Shown here: piece by piece, positions 14,170 to 25,508 of the stretch
How positions within the stretch are numbered: position 1 is the first letter of the stretch
Layout: each line of letters opens with the position of its first letter
Source: Bugula neritina
Lineage: Eukaryota; Animalia; Bryozoa
Length of the DNA stretch: 64,000 nucleotides
Assembly (NCBI GenBank): GCA_964035545.1
Contig: OZ037765.1
Coordinates: forward strand, 25,605,504 to 25,669,503
Direction: 5' to 3'
Made by a program: the position numbers and the translations under genes
The notes under the pieces: model-generated
The model's input: the letters and a program-made list of their open reading frames with translations, nothing else
What the model was told of the DNA's origin: nothing
Databases searched by the model: none

Positions 14170-15350
14170 ATCACTACTGCTATTAGTATTTGCAGTACCA
14201 ATAGTATTACTATTACTATTAGAATTGTATTTGATAATTTATTGTTTTGAATTTAAGTTATGATTACAGCTTACATGTTTACAGTTACAGCTCACAAGTG
14301 CAGGTGTTATTTTTATTTAAAAGTTTAATATATATAGAAACAATTGTCTCCTTCAGTATCGGTATCAGTAATACATACCGAATACTAATCTAAAATTGAA
14401 TCATAAATGTCACCAATATAAATATGAATATGAACATTAAACATTTATTATTGTACATTTTATTATGATGGTGATTATGATGTTTGATTACCATTATGAT
14501 TAATTTCACATTCACAGTCATTATCATTCTGATTAGCATTATAATTATGATAATGATTAAGGTTTATAACTTTTACTTTATGGCTATCGCAATCAGTATC
14601 AGTATGACTATGAGTATGACTATCATAATCACTATAATAGTGACTATAACTATAAGTATAACTGGGCATAAGCTAACTGTGAGATCACCATTAACTGAAT
14701 TAACTATTAGGTATTTCAATTTGTATGAAAATCATACAATCAGTAACAGTAACTGTAAGAGTAACACTAACAGTAACACTAACTCTGTAAGACCATGACT
14801 CACTTTGACTCACCCACTCACTGACTTTGAGTGTGTAACATTTAATCTTACACTAACAGTAACTGTATCACTATCACTGTGAGCATATCAGTATCACTAT
14901 AAATTAATGATAATCATATTCATAATGATAGTGATAGTTTCACTATGACTATGAGTGTGAGTATCAGTATCAGTATGAGTGAGAGTATGAGTCATGCTGA
15001 TACTTATAGTTATACCCCTACTCAGTATGAGTATGGGTATAACTATAAGTATAAGTATAAGTATCAGCATGAGCCATGACTCATGAGACTGTGTATGACT
15101 GTATCACAGCCAGTAATACTAATAGTAATAGTAATACTAATACTAATACTAATAGTAATAGTTATAACTATATTGTTATTATACTTATAGCAATTCCAAT
15201 TGTAAAACTCAAAGTGAAAGTAAAACTAAAAGTAAATGTTGAACTTGATCAGTTAAAGTTGAAGTTGATGCAAAGTTTTAGTTTATAAGTGAAGTCAGAG
15301 CCTAAAATCAGAAATGTCGCTCTACCAACATCAAACATGAACATGAAGTT
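14170..15350. repeat. (TNA-NNN)n 6-bp periodic tract, inferred first intron of the PPxY membrane gene
   Basis: TCA GTA TCA GTA TGA CTA TGA GTA TGA CTA TCA TAA TCA CTA TAA TAG TGA CTA TAA; TAA AAC TCA AAG TGA AAG TAA AAC TAA AAG TAA. Confidence 0.9.
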
Positions 15351-16624
15351 GAACAGCCCCATTTTAAATGCTATAACTTTTTTGCACTCAAACCAATTCT
15401 GTGAACGCATATTATAAATAATATTATAATATCAATATGGATATGCACTAAGCAATTAAAAACTACTTTATCCTGATGAAGTCACTGCAATCAGTGACAG
15501 TAGTGTGGCTCTTGGGCTTTAGAGTGCTCTTGTCTTGGGTAGATAACCAGTATAATCGCTTTAAACTATGATCGCCCCGAAATCTACTTGTCCAACATAG
15601 ATCTCGCCTTCATGGTCTACTCGCCCCACCTATGTGCGTTGCATGGAGTTATCTTCTGATTTTTTTGGTGAATAATGATGAATATTATTATAATTCTTGA
15701 CCAATGGCCGGTGTAACTTTTGCATATTTATCGTTTTAAAATAGTATTTAAATAAAATATTTGTTTTACTTTAGTGTAATATGATATCAATTTGAACCAA
15801 GCACTTAAAATGTCTCAGCTACGTGTATATAAATATACTTATTCTGAAATTTTCGACTAATGATGTAAAAGAAAATGATTTTAACTTATTACCTCAAACT
15901 CATAAAATATGCACCAGCAACGCGATTTTTTATTATATAATTTATGAATACTTGCGGAAAAATGTATTCTACATGTTATGTTATATGCTGCCTATAATAC
16001 AACAGGCACTGCATACCACACTGTTACAAACAGTATACATATTATCTTTCGAAACTTCTTCACTAAAAGTAGCCAACAAGATTATTTTTAGTTTTGTAGT
16101 ATTATATAGTTTTTCGAAATTTATTTTTGTAACCTTACTTTCACTGATTGTGCCAGCTTTAAATTTGTGCAAAAATTATGAAAATTTTAGAATACAGTAC
16201 ACTGGGGGTAGTGAAAATGCTGCTCCTACTTCTCAAGCGCCAATGTATCGAAGGCAGCTCCCTAAACTTTAATTATGTATGATGTAAAGAAGTCCTGCAA
16301 TTTTTATGAAAGATTTTTAAATTTAATGCAGTTTAAAAAATTTTTGTAATTACTCAGAAATTATGTTCAATATTTTTGAATGGATATTATTATGTTTCCT
16401 TTAGCTATGTTGACATGGATCTGAATTCATTTCAATATACACAAACTTGTGCTTTGGCCATGAAACTAATATTCTATGCTATATGAACTTTGTTGGTACG
16501 ATCAGTTCATGAACATGGTATATTGGACCAAGTAAATTCTAAGGCAAACAAGCTTTGGGACAAGTAACTAATACACATACATTTTGAAAGATAATGTTAG
16601 TGGTGCCGGAGTTGTCATACTTAT

Positions 16625-16700
16625 AACTTACGTCATCCAAATCTCAGACAAACACGTGTTGTTATTATTGAGTTGAAAGATCACGTCACGTGACACATAC
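16625..16700 (+). promoter_or_regulatory. E-box/CRE-rich promoter upstream of the NDRG-like gene
   Basis: TTACGTCA (~16628), CACGTG (~16653) and palindromic GTCACGTGAC (16685-16694), 125-190 bp upstream of the ATG. Confidence 0.5.
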
Positions 16701-16818
16701 ATTGTTCATTCCCCACACAAGCCACACTTATCTTAGCATTGCAGGTTTCTTGCTGCTAAAGTATATCTCTGTGTGAGCTGCAGTATACTAGAATTCAGAA
16801 CTGTTGGTACAAAATAAA

Positions 16819-18777
16819 ATGGCAACGAGAGTGCAGTTCACTACTAAAAGTGCTGGAACACTCAACTGTGATGTGGTAGGCACTCTGGACGGGGCCAGTA
16901 CTGTGGTAGTTACTGTCCACGATCTTGGCTGCAACAGCACATCCTGGACTCATTTTGTGCAGCACCCATCTACGGCTGAAATAACCAAGAGGGTTGCATG
17001 GCTTCATATCAATCTACCAGGACAAGAAGAAAATGCAGAAAACTTACCTCAAGGTTAAACAAATGTGTATTTGTGATAGGTTTAAACTTAACTAAAAGTA
17101 TTTTTGTTCTTTATCATTTATTTCTATTATCTTTGCGCAATTTTTGCTTTGTTTCTTACAGACAAATGAATAAATCTAGTTCCTCAGTATGAGGATTATG
17201 CTTTAGCTTAGTCTAATAATTATTTTTTTACAAATACCCCATACAGATTTCAAATACCCTTCAATGGATGAGCTGGCTAAAGCGGTGGCTGAAGTTTGTG
17301 AAGGTATCCACTGCCCAGTGATTGGTCTCGGAGAAGGAGCAGGGGCTAATATTCTGGCTCGGTGGGCCTTGTCAGCACCCAAACAGCTGCATGGCGTTGT
17401 GCTTATTCATTGCACAAGCACTACAGCAGGCTATTTAGAGTCACTGAAAGATAAGGCTAGTACTGACATGATAATATAATAAATACAGCAACACTTCACT
17501 TTTACTTATGTTATATATGTTGGTTTAAATTTTCAAATACCTGGTCTGTCTACATCAACTTGATTACAACTGATGAAAGTATGCAAGATTTATTATTTCA
17601 ATGAGTTTGTTGTAAATAAGTCGTTGAATTTGCAGGCTATAAATTGGAAGTTGATGGGTGGTATGAACCCCACCGCAGAGAATTATCTCATCATGCATAG
17701 ATTCGGAGACTTCACTCATGCTAATAATGCAGAGCAAGTGAAAGCCGTTGTGGAAGAGTTTCACCAACAGCTGAACAATCAGATGAACTCTGCTAACATC
17801 AGTGGATATATCAACTCTTTCGTCCACCGCACAAACATTGCTGAGAAAATGGCTGCCCTGTCTGTGCCACTTCTACTTATTACAGGTGAAATATATTAAT
17901 ATGATCTGTAGCTATGCCAAATATGCCATGCACTTTGGGAGACTATTGCTATAAATCTGTGGTTTTGGAATTTAGCCAATGTTGGCTATGTCCAACTAGT
18001 CATCTAGTGAGTCTTGCATTTAATTGTAATTTAAATATGGTGACTTGTATCTTACAGTCATAAGCAAGTCCTATTTATAGAGTGCTAATGGCTGCATCTT
18101 GAAATTTTAATAAAATTTACTCTCTTCCTATAATTATATTAGCAATAGTCATTCAGACTTCTGAGGTTTCATATTTCAACATTTTTAACAAAGATGCCCT
18201 GCTTCCTGCCTATGATGAATTTGATCAGCTTACATATTAAAGATATCATAATATTATTACGTAATGGGTATAGTAGTGGTAATGTAAAATCACTGGTCAG
18301 TTGACCTCACTGGCTAACAAAGCAAAGTGCCTTCTTATCAGATGCACTGTCATATTCTTCTCTCCTGCTTCACAGCATTGCAGCAGCTGTTGTGTCTATA
18401 CTTCCTATAGGTACTGAGCTTTAAATGCTGAAACATTAGCCCCATAGTCTTGGTCTTGAGTGAGATATTACACAGAAGGTAACAGGATTGTCATAGAACA
18501 TCGTAATTATATTTTAGGAGCTAAGGCTAACCATAATCACACAGTGCACACATTCTACAACGCCACCCTAAAGCTAGTACCAGATAGGAAGAAGGTGGAG
18601 TTCATAGAGATTGCAGATATCGCGAATGTCGTGGAAGGAGCACCTGAGAAGCTGGCTGAGAGTATGCAGTTTTTCATGCAAGGATGTGGAGTGCTCGGTG
18701 GAGCTCCTATGCCTCATCTCTCCCAAGTATCCAAACCTGGCACAACTATGACAGCTATGGATAAATCTGACATGTAA
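16819..18777 (+). CDS. NDRG: NDRG family alpha/beta-hydrolase-fold protein (invertebrate ZK1073.1-like). Exons 16819-17053, 17247-17455, 17636-17885, 18518-18777
   Basis: TVHDLGCN, WLHINLPGQEENAENLP, FKYPSMDELA, IGLGEGAGANILARWAL, GVVLIHCTST, PEKLAESMQFFMQGCG are NDR-family motifs. Intron 2 must be GC-AG to keep the frame. Confidence 0.92.
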
Positions 18778-20250
18778 ATCCTGAGGTTATACTAAGTAGA
18801 AAAACTAGTCCAGTTTATAATTGATTTAGTCTGAGCAATGTACAGACTAGCACAACCGGCTGTCAACAGATATTATTGTTTAGCTCATTGATTTCACATG
18901 GCAAATCAATACTATACAAATGCAAGCTCTCTGACAATATAATCCATTAGCTGTAATTTGTTATCCATACATGTAATGGAACTATATTTGTTTACTTACA
19001 ATTCTAACCAAATGTGTTTTAACCAAAAAAGTCTTTTAAAGATTTCTGTATATTCTGCTTGTAATGCATACTTTATTTGACTGAGCACACTAAATGGCTA
19101 TTAACTACAGTGTTTTAGCTTTGGCCAACTTTGCCTCTACACTTATAGCTGTATGCCATTGAAGTGGCTATTTTTAAATTAATTTCATATAAATTTAGAC
19201 TAGCCAGTCGCTAGTGCAAGCCAGTTTCTAGAATAGTCTTCACCTGTAAAATTGGGTTTCACAGCTGTTATTGTAGTAAGTTTGTTTTGTACCATTTTAC
19301 GCCAATTTCTCCAACCTAAGATATTGGTTTACCTGTTTCTCATTTTAAATCTTTTGCTTGAAATAAACACTAGAAGTCGCCATTGCTGTTTCTTAACTTA
19401 TTATTGTGACTTTTGTCATGTCCATCTACTACGTGTTGTTTGTCACGTAGCCAACAGCTAATACTATTATAATACGTCTTGCCGTATGTAAACATGTGTC
19501 TTTATAAACACCTATATATAGATATAATAGACACAATAATAAAGATTAGATTACCGCTATGCCGTAACTCTCTCGCCCAATAAAATAAAGCTTTATTCTT
19601 CATTGGTCAAATGCTAACTTGTCAACATAAATCTAGGTCAACTCCATGAGACCTATCAGTCACTCTGGGTAACCTCTGACCTTCTCAAGACTGATTTGTT
19701 TTCTCACAGCGAGTACATAGCTACTGAGATAAGTGAAATCTTGAAACCTTCAGCAAATGGAGTCTGATGAAAATGATATATCTATGGTTTTCTTCAAAAC
19801 ATAATTCATGCAGTTGAAGAGCTGTCAAGCATAAAATTACTCAAGCAACATATTTTCAGTAAATAGATTTGACAGTGCTAATTATGGGTCTTCAAAATAT
19901 CATGTCTCTTATATGTCTTATTAGATTTACATTCTTAAAAATCATTTCATCTATCAACAAATGGGCTAGTTCAGTATCGCCACCCATATTGCGCTTGTGA
20001 GGCTTGTTTTTTAGCATACTTTATCTATAACTTGCAAAATGTGATGTTACTAAAGTCACTGAGATATATATTATAATTATAATTCATAACTATCTTTGTT
20101 GGAACTTTAGTTCTTACGGCTAGACCAGCTAAACTCATTTAGAGTTTATATTTTTATCGCGGTACTTCGTTTTATAGGGAGTTATTATTCCATTTATTAT
20201 GCCCATTTCCTTGTTGGGCTTCGATTAAGAATCGCTATGACTACATAAAG

Positions 20251-22609
20251 ATGGCGGACAGTATGCTCTTCAAGGCGCTCCAAGCTAATGCATCATCAAT
20301 AAACTTTAGTTGCAAAAAGCTCACAAAGATACCCAAAATTATAGGAAAAATACAGTCTATAGTTCAAATAGATTTAAAGGGAAACCAACTCAATGCATTA
20401 CCAGATGAAATTTGCAATTTGATTCAGGTAGCTAATATAAATATTCCGTATTGTCTATTAGTATTACTATTAGTATTGTCTATTACTATCATCTACTATT
20501 ACTTTTGCCTTTGGTATTAGTATTACTATAGGTATAACTATTAGTATTAGTATTGCAACTGCTACTGTCTGCTAGTATTGCTCCAACGTTGACTAACTAT
20601 GATTTTTAGTCTTAGTTTAAATACTATGATTACCAAACTTCTAAGACTGATGCGAAATATTTTTAAATGCACCTCAAAATTGCCTACTGCCTGGTCTACT
20701 TTTACTCTATAAACATTGCTCAAATAGTTTAGTAATAAGCAAATATAAATCAAAGTCGTAGTAAGCCACATTCATATTTTTGCTGCATTCAGGTGTTAAT
20801 GAGTTGTGCAAGTCAAGCTAATAATTTTAGCAGGCAATTCAAATAAAAAATTTCAAATACTCAAGTTAGCAAGTATTAGAGTCTATGTAAATTAGACCCA
20901 GTCTTGATAATAGAGTGAGCATGTGATTTAAAAAGCAAAATTTCAATAAGTATTAATGTTTATATGAATGAATGCCTAAAAGAAAATTGTATTGTAAATG
21001 TTAAGAGCTAGTCCTGTAATAATGTGCATAAAATCAATTCAATTTGTTTTAACCAATAATACTTTTCTTTACAGTTGGAACACTTGAACCTCGGCAATAA
21101 CATTTTTACAACTATACCTGTAAGCATTTCTCGGCTCTACACTTTACTGACTCTCCATCTCTTCCAGAATCAAATAGAATACATTCCAGAAGGAATTTTT
21201 GGTTCGTGCCATTTAAATATTTATTACATATACTCTCATCATGGTAGCTTAGTGGTCTCAAGCAAATAATGTGTTAATATTAACATCATCAAAAGTACAG
21301 TATTTTAATTCAATTTTGTGTTAAATAAAATGATTGTGTTTCATTGTAAAGTAAATTTGTTTATTATTCAAAATATGTCCTACAGGAAAACCAATTTTTG
21401 CGTTGCAGTCAATCAATTTGTTATCTTTATGTTTATAGCCAATCTCAGATTTCTGACTACTTTGAATTTAAATAACAACAGACTTGCCAAACTACCAAAA
21501 GACATATGCAACCTCAGAAGTATAGAAACTCTTAGTTTAGACAATAACCAACTGCGGTTCTTGCCAATTGAAATATGTGCACTGGGGAGATTGAAAGTTT
21601 TGAAAATTAGTAAAAATCGCTTGGAGCGTCTTCCGCTAGAGTTTGGTTTTCTCTCACAACTTGAAGAGCTGCATGTTCCACTGAACAAACTTCGAGAACT
21701 ACCAGAAGTAAGATATGATTAACTCTTTGCATTTAAAATTGAGAATTCATAGTAATATATGTGTACTGAATGCAAGCATATGTATAATACATGTAGATGC
21801 AATCTGCTTTAACAAATTTTATAATAGACACTTGCTTGAATTTTAACTTTTTCTTGTTTTATAAGTGTTTGTTTAGAATTTAATTTTAATCAAATGTTGT
21901 AAATTGCAGTAATTGTACCTTGCTATGGTGTTTTCAGTTTTGAAGTAAATACGTTAATTAGTAAAGAGAATATATGAGGGTCTGTAAAAATTTAAAATAA
22001 TGTGATTTTCCTCAATCTCTAAGCCACTACAAGTAACAAAAGGATACTGAAACATATTACATTACATTGCATAATGGTTATATTGGTATGAGTGCAAACA
22101 GCTGGCAAAGTCTGTAGTATGTTAGCAGTTTCAATATATGTTCAACTAATAAACATTTCATTATGATTTTAGAGCATAGGAAAGTGTTATAAACTAAAAG
22201 TTTTAGATGTGGCAGCGAATGATTTAAGAATATTTCCCACGGAGACAGAAGAGTTGCCTCTTGTTGAACTTCACTGTGAGGAGAACCCATTACTTTCACA
22301 TCTACCTGTTCACTCTATTCAAGAAGAAGAAATTCTCTCATTAAAGGAGCTTACTGCCAGATATATTATGACACAACTAAAAGACAGGTATACTATATGT
22401 TCTGTGCAGTAGCTTCTGTAATGGTTACTAGGTCATTTGACTTTATTTAGTACACATCAGCAAATTTTGACCAAAAACTAAAGTTTGCTCAAAATCGATT
22501 CAAATTTACGATATGGGGTAAATTTATGCACTGATTCTAGCTATGCATAACAAAAAAGGCTAGGAGGGGGTTTTGCAACATTAAAGTGCACCATCATTGT
22601 CATATGAGC

Positions 22610-22683
<74 letters not shown>

Positions 22684-23857
22684 CTGGCATGATGGAAAAA
22701 ACAATCACACCCGCGAACACCAATTTACAAAAAATTAGGAGAGGCCGTTAGAAAACCCAGCAAAATTAAAACAAACTGTAATTTTTCAGCTGTATTTGTT
22801 AATAGTTTATAGGTGTAGGGCAAGAATGTAGGTAAGAAACCGTATATTTTCTCAGCCAAATTGTGAAAAATAGCTAAAAACTAGAGATCTCAAGTGTGTA
22901 CTAAATTAAATAAAATGACCCTACTTTATTGGTTGTGTTGAGTCATAACTGTCTGGCCAACCACCTTTTTTACTCCATCTTTTTCAGTTGAAATTTAAGT
23001 TTTCTTACCATTTTTAAAACAACTAATCAGCAATTGTTTTTATGAGTACATAAAATGCAACCCAATCTTTTACTAATGTTCTAATCCAGGCGGCCCTAGG
23101 GCCGGATGTGGCCCCCAAAAGCATAAAACTAAAATTATTCTTCACACGTATACATGAAATAGAGTGAAAAAATAACTTTTAAATGTCTTATTTATACTCA
23201 TGCTATAGTAACCATAAGGACTTCATAGTGTAATAATTCATAAGAATTTGAAATAAAGTTATAATTTGAACAATGTTGATGCTGTGGCCCCTAGAGCAAG
23301 CTAAAGTTTCCAATGTGGCCCTCGCCATGGAGTGTTCCCTTTCAGTGGCCCTTGGTCTGAAAAGGTTGAACGCACATGTTTTAATCAATATCAGACATCT
23401 TGATGAATTTCGCACTGTTCTAAAAATAACTTTGTAGGTTTTCTCCTCTTCGGGCACAATTAAGACATTATCCTGAATTGAAACAGATGCTTGCTCAATC
23501 AAGTACATGTGCTGTTTGCTCTGAACCATTTCTAAACACGTGGCTTGAATGCGTTCACTTCATCAAACCTCGGGTAAGTATTTCAAACTTAATTTACAGT
23601 CTATTACTTTTTGCGTAGCCTATATATTGTTCACATAACAATTTGCCAACACTTTCACATCTTTTTATCAAACTCAAATTCTGTCTTGAAACATATGTTT
23701 ACAAAAAGCTTCTGACTTGCAACCCTTGTTTCAGAAATTAAAGCTAAAAAACAGCAGCGTTGGACATTCACAGGAGATACCTATAAGAGCATTGTTGTGT
23801 TCCTACAAATGCTTCAACCAAAAGAACCATGAATATTATGGAGTAGCGTTTCCTTAA
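20251..23857 (+). CDS. LRRC69: Leucine-rich repeat protein 69-like. Approximate exons 20251-20427, 21074-21201, 21439-21707, 22172-22387, 23438-23573, 23734-23857
   Basis: Multiple LxxLxLxxNxL repeats, then CEENPLL..EEEILSLKELTAR and the C-terminal Cys motif CAVCSEPFLNTWLECVHF...PIRALLCSYKCF..YYGVAFP*, matching the remembered LRRC69 C-terminus. Confidence 0.88.
20440..20640. repeat. (TNA-NNN)n tract, LRRC69 intron 1
   Basis: TTA GTA TTA CTA TTA GTA; TTA GTA TTA CTA TAG GTA TAA CTA TTA GTA TTA GTA. Confidence 0.7.
22431..22920. mobile_element. MITE (~490 bp) in an LRRC69 intron
   Basis: 26-bp terminal inverted repeats with 23/26 identity (GGTCATTTGACTTTATTTAGTACACA ... TGTGTACTAAATTAAATAAAATGACC), flanked on both sides by CTA (possible 3-bp TSD). 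No ORF. Confidence 0.75.
22613..22680. repeat. (TA)n microsatellite inside the MITE
   Basis: About 34 uninterrupted AT units. Confidence 0.98.
23087..23378. mobile_element. Degraded hAT-type non-autonomous element
   Basis: Repeated subterminal (T/C)GGCCC motifs at both ends (GCGGCCCTAGGGCCGGATGTGGCCCCC; TGTGGCCC/AGTGGCCC x3) and an AAAAGGTTG right end typical of hAT MITEs. Left TIR is missing. Confidence 0.55.
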
Positions 23858-25508
23858 TATGGCTACCACGGCATGGGTGATGGCTTACTAGCTATTTAAC
23901 AATTAGTTTATATTTAGTTATAAATTATCGTTGAGCATGAAATTCTCTACAGATTCTATCTTTTTTTTTTATTCCAGACATTTTAAATTGCCCACCTTAT
24001 ACATATCTCAACTGCATAACCTGTACTGATTGAGTAATAATTTCACCTTTAATATTAAGTTTTGTACATAGCAAGTATTTTTGCAACAAATTTCCTTGAA
24101 ACATTAAACCTGTTTTGTAAAAAACATTGCTCTTTGAATGTAAATTAAATATGATCTAAAGCATTTGCATGTTGGATTTAGATTTTTTTGAAAGAAAGCA
24201 AGAAGTAGGTGTGACTATCAATATAGGTAGTAGGCAAAGGATCTATGTAGTATATCAAGACGCAATTGGTTAGTATTGATTGCTACAGTAGAATAATGAC
24301 AATACAAAAATATATAACATTGTAATTAATACTAAATGTGATTCCAGTAGCTCCCACAGAAGTACCAACAATAATTGTACTACAAACTGAAAACATATAT
24401 CTATAAGATTATGCAAAAAATGTAAGTTGGACTATTTAAATGGCGAAATATAAGCTTTTAGAATACAGTGATAGATCCCAATGTTCAATATTTTTGGCAA
24501 AAAAAACAAAAATGTTACACTATTGATTAAGTATGTATTAGTTTAGTCTAATTGGTGTAAAAAAATACTTGTAAAAGTGTTAGTCAAGTTCATCAGCAGG
24601 TTTAATAAAAGTAGCTTTCTGAAATAGTAATAACTCACAGGTGCGTTGGTTAACCGATTGTTAAAGATACAATATAGTACAGCAACATAATACAATGGCA
24701 ATAAATATTCACAGATATAATAATTAATTTTACACACTAAATGAGAGCACTTAAATGTTACTCTATGAATTTCGTAGATTCTGCTATAAAAATTGTTCTC
24801 TGGCTGGGTCGGAAGATTCTGTGTCAGGGGGTACATTCGTGCTATTTGAAATCCACGCTTCAGGCTACAAGAATACATTTCATAAAACTATAAGATTATA
24901 TAAAATCAGATGCCATATAAAAATACACCATAGTAATGAATACAGAAGAGCAGCAAGTTATAAAAGAGAACTCAGTTGGAGAGTGGCTACATTCAAGATT
25001 GTAGTCCATACTTAGAACGTACTACATATTTCAACATAATAAAAGGTTTGCTCTTTCTTTTCAGCTAAAAACCTTTCAACACACAGATTTAATTACTATA
25101 ACTTTGTGACTAACATAACATATATTTAGCATCAAAATAGGCACAAGTGTAATACATGAATCAAAGCCTGGAATTAATAATTTTTCAAAAAATAATTGAA
25201 TATTATCTTTTTTTCAAGAACTGATGAAACACTAATAGCAGACCCAATTGGACAGAAATTGTATTCACGTTAAAGTGCAGTGCCGCAGTAAATAAATTGA
25301 CAGATTTTGCTGAGAAAAGTGTTTGCTAGCTTCAATTCTCTTCTATAAATAAATAAATATATATAAATTTTCCATTTCCTTTATAACTATTATCATCATG
25401 GTTTGTAGCTACTTGTACTTTATTCATATAAAATTAAAGAATATCAATCAACTTTGGGTATAAAATTTATGGGCACTTGTCAAAAGATTACTGTATTATA
25501 TCATGTAA

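Noticed and set aside
14475-15288. ORFs with alternating residues (14475-14669, 14484-14798, 15076-15288) as proteins
   Set aside because: They are by-products of the 6-bp lattice; there is no splice context or family motif.
15823-16272. 149-aa hydrophobic ORF
   Set aside because: Non-ATG start, AT-driven composition and no motif; probably TE or intergenic DNA.
22541-22723. ORFs with IYIYIY runs (also 49277-49637)
   Set aside because: Translations of (TA)n microsatellites.
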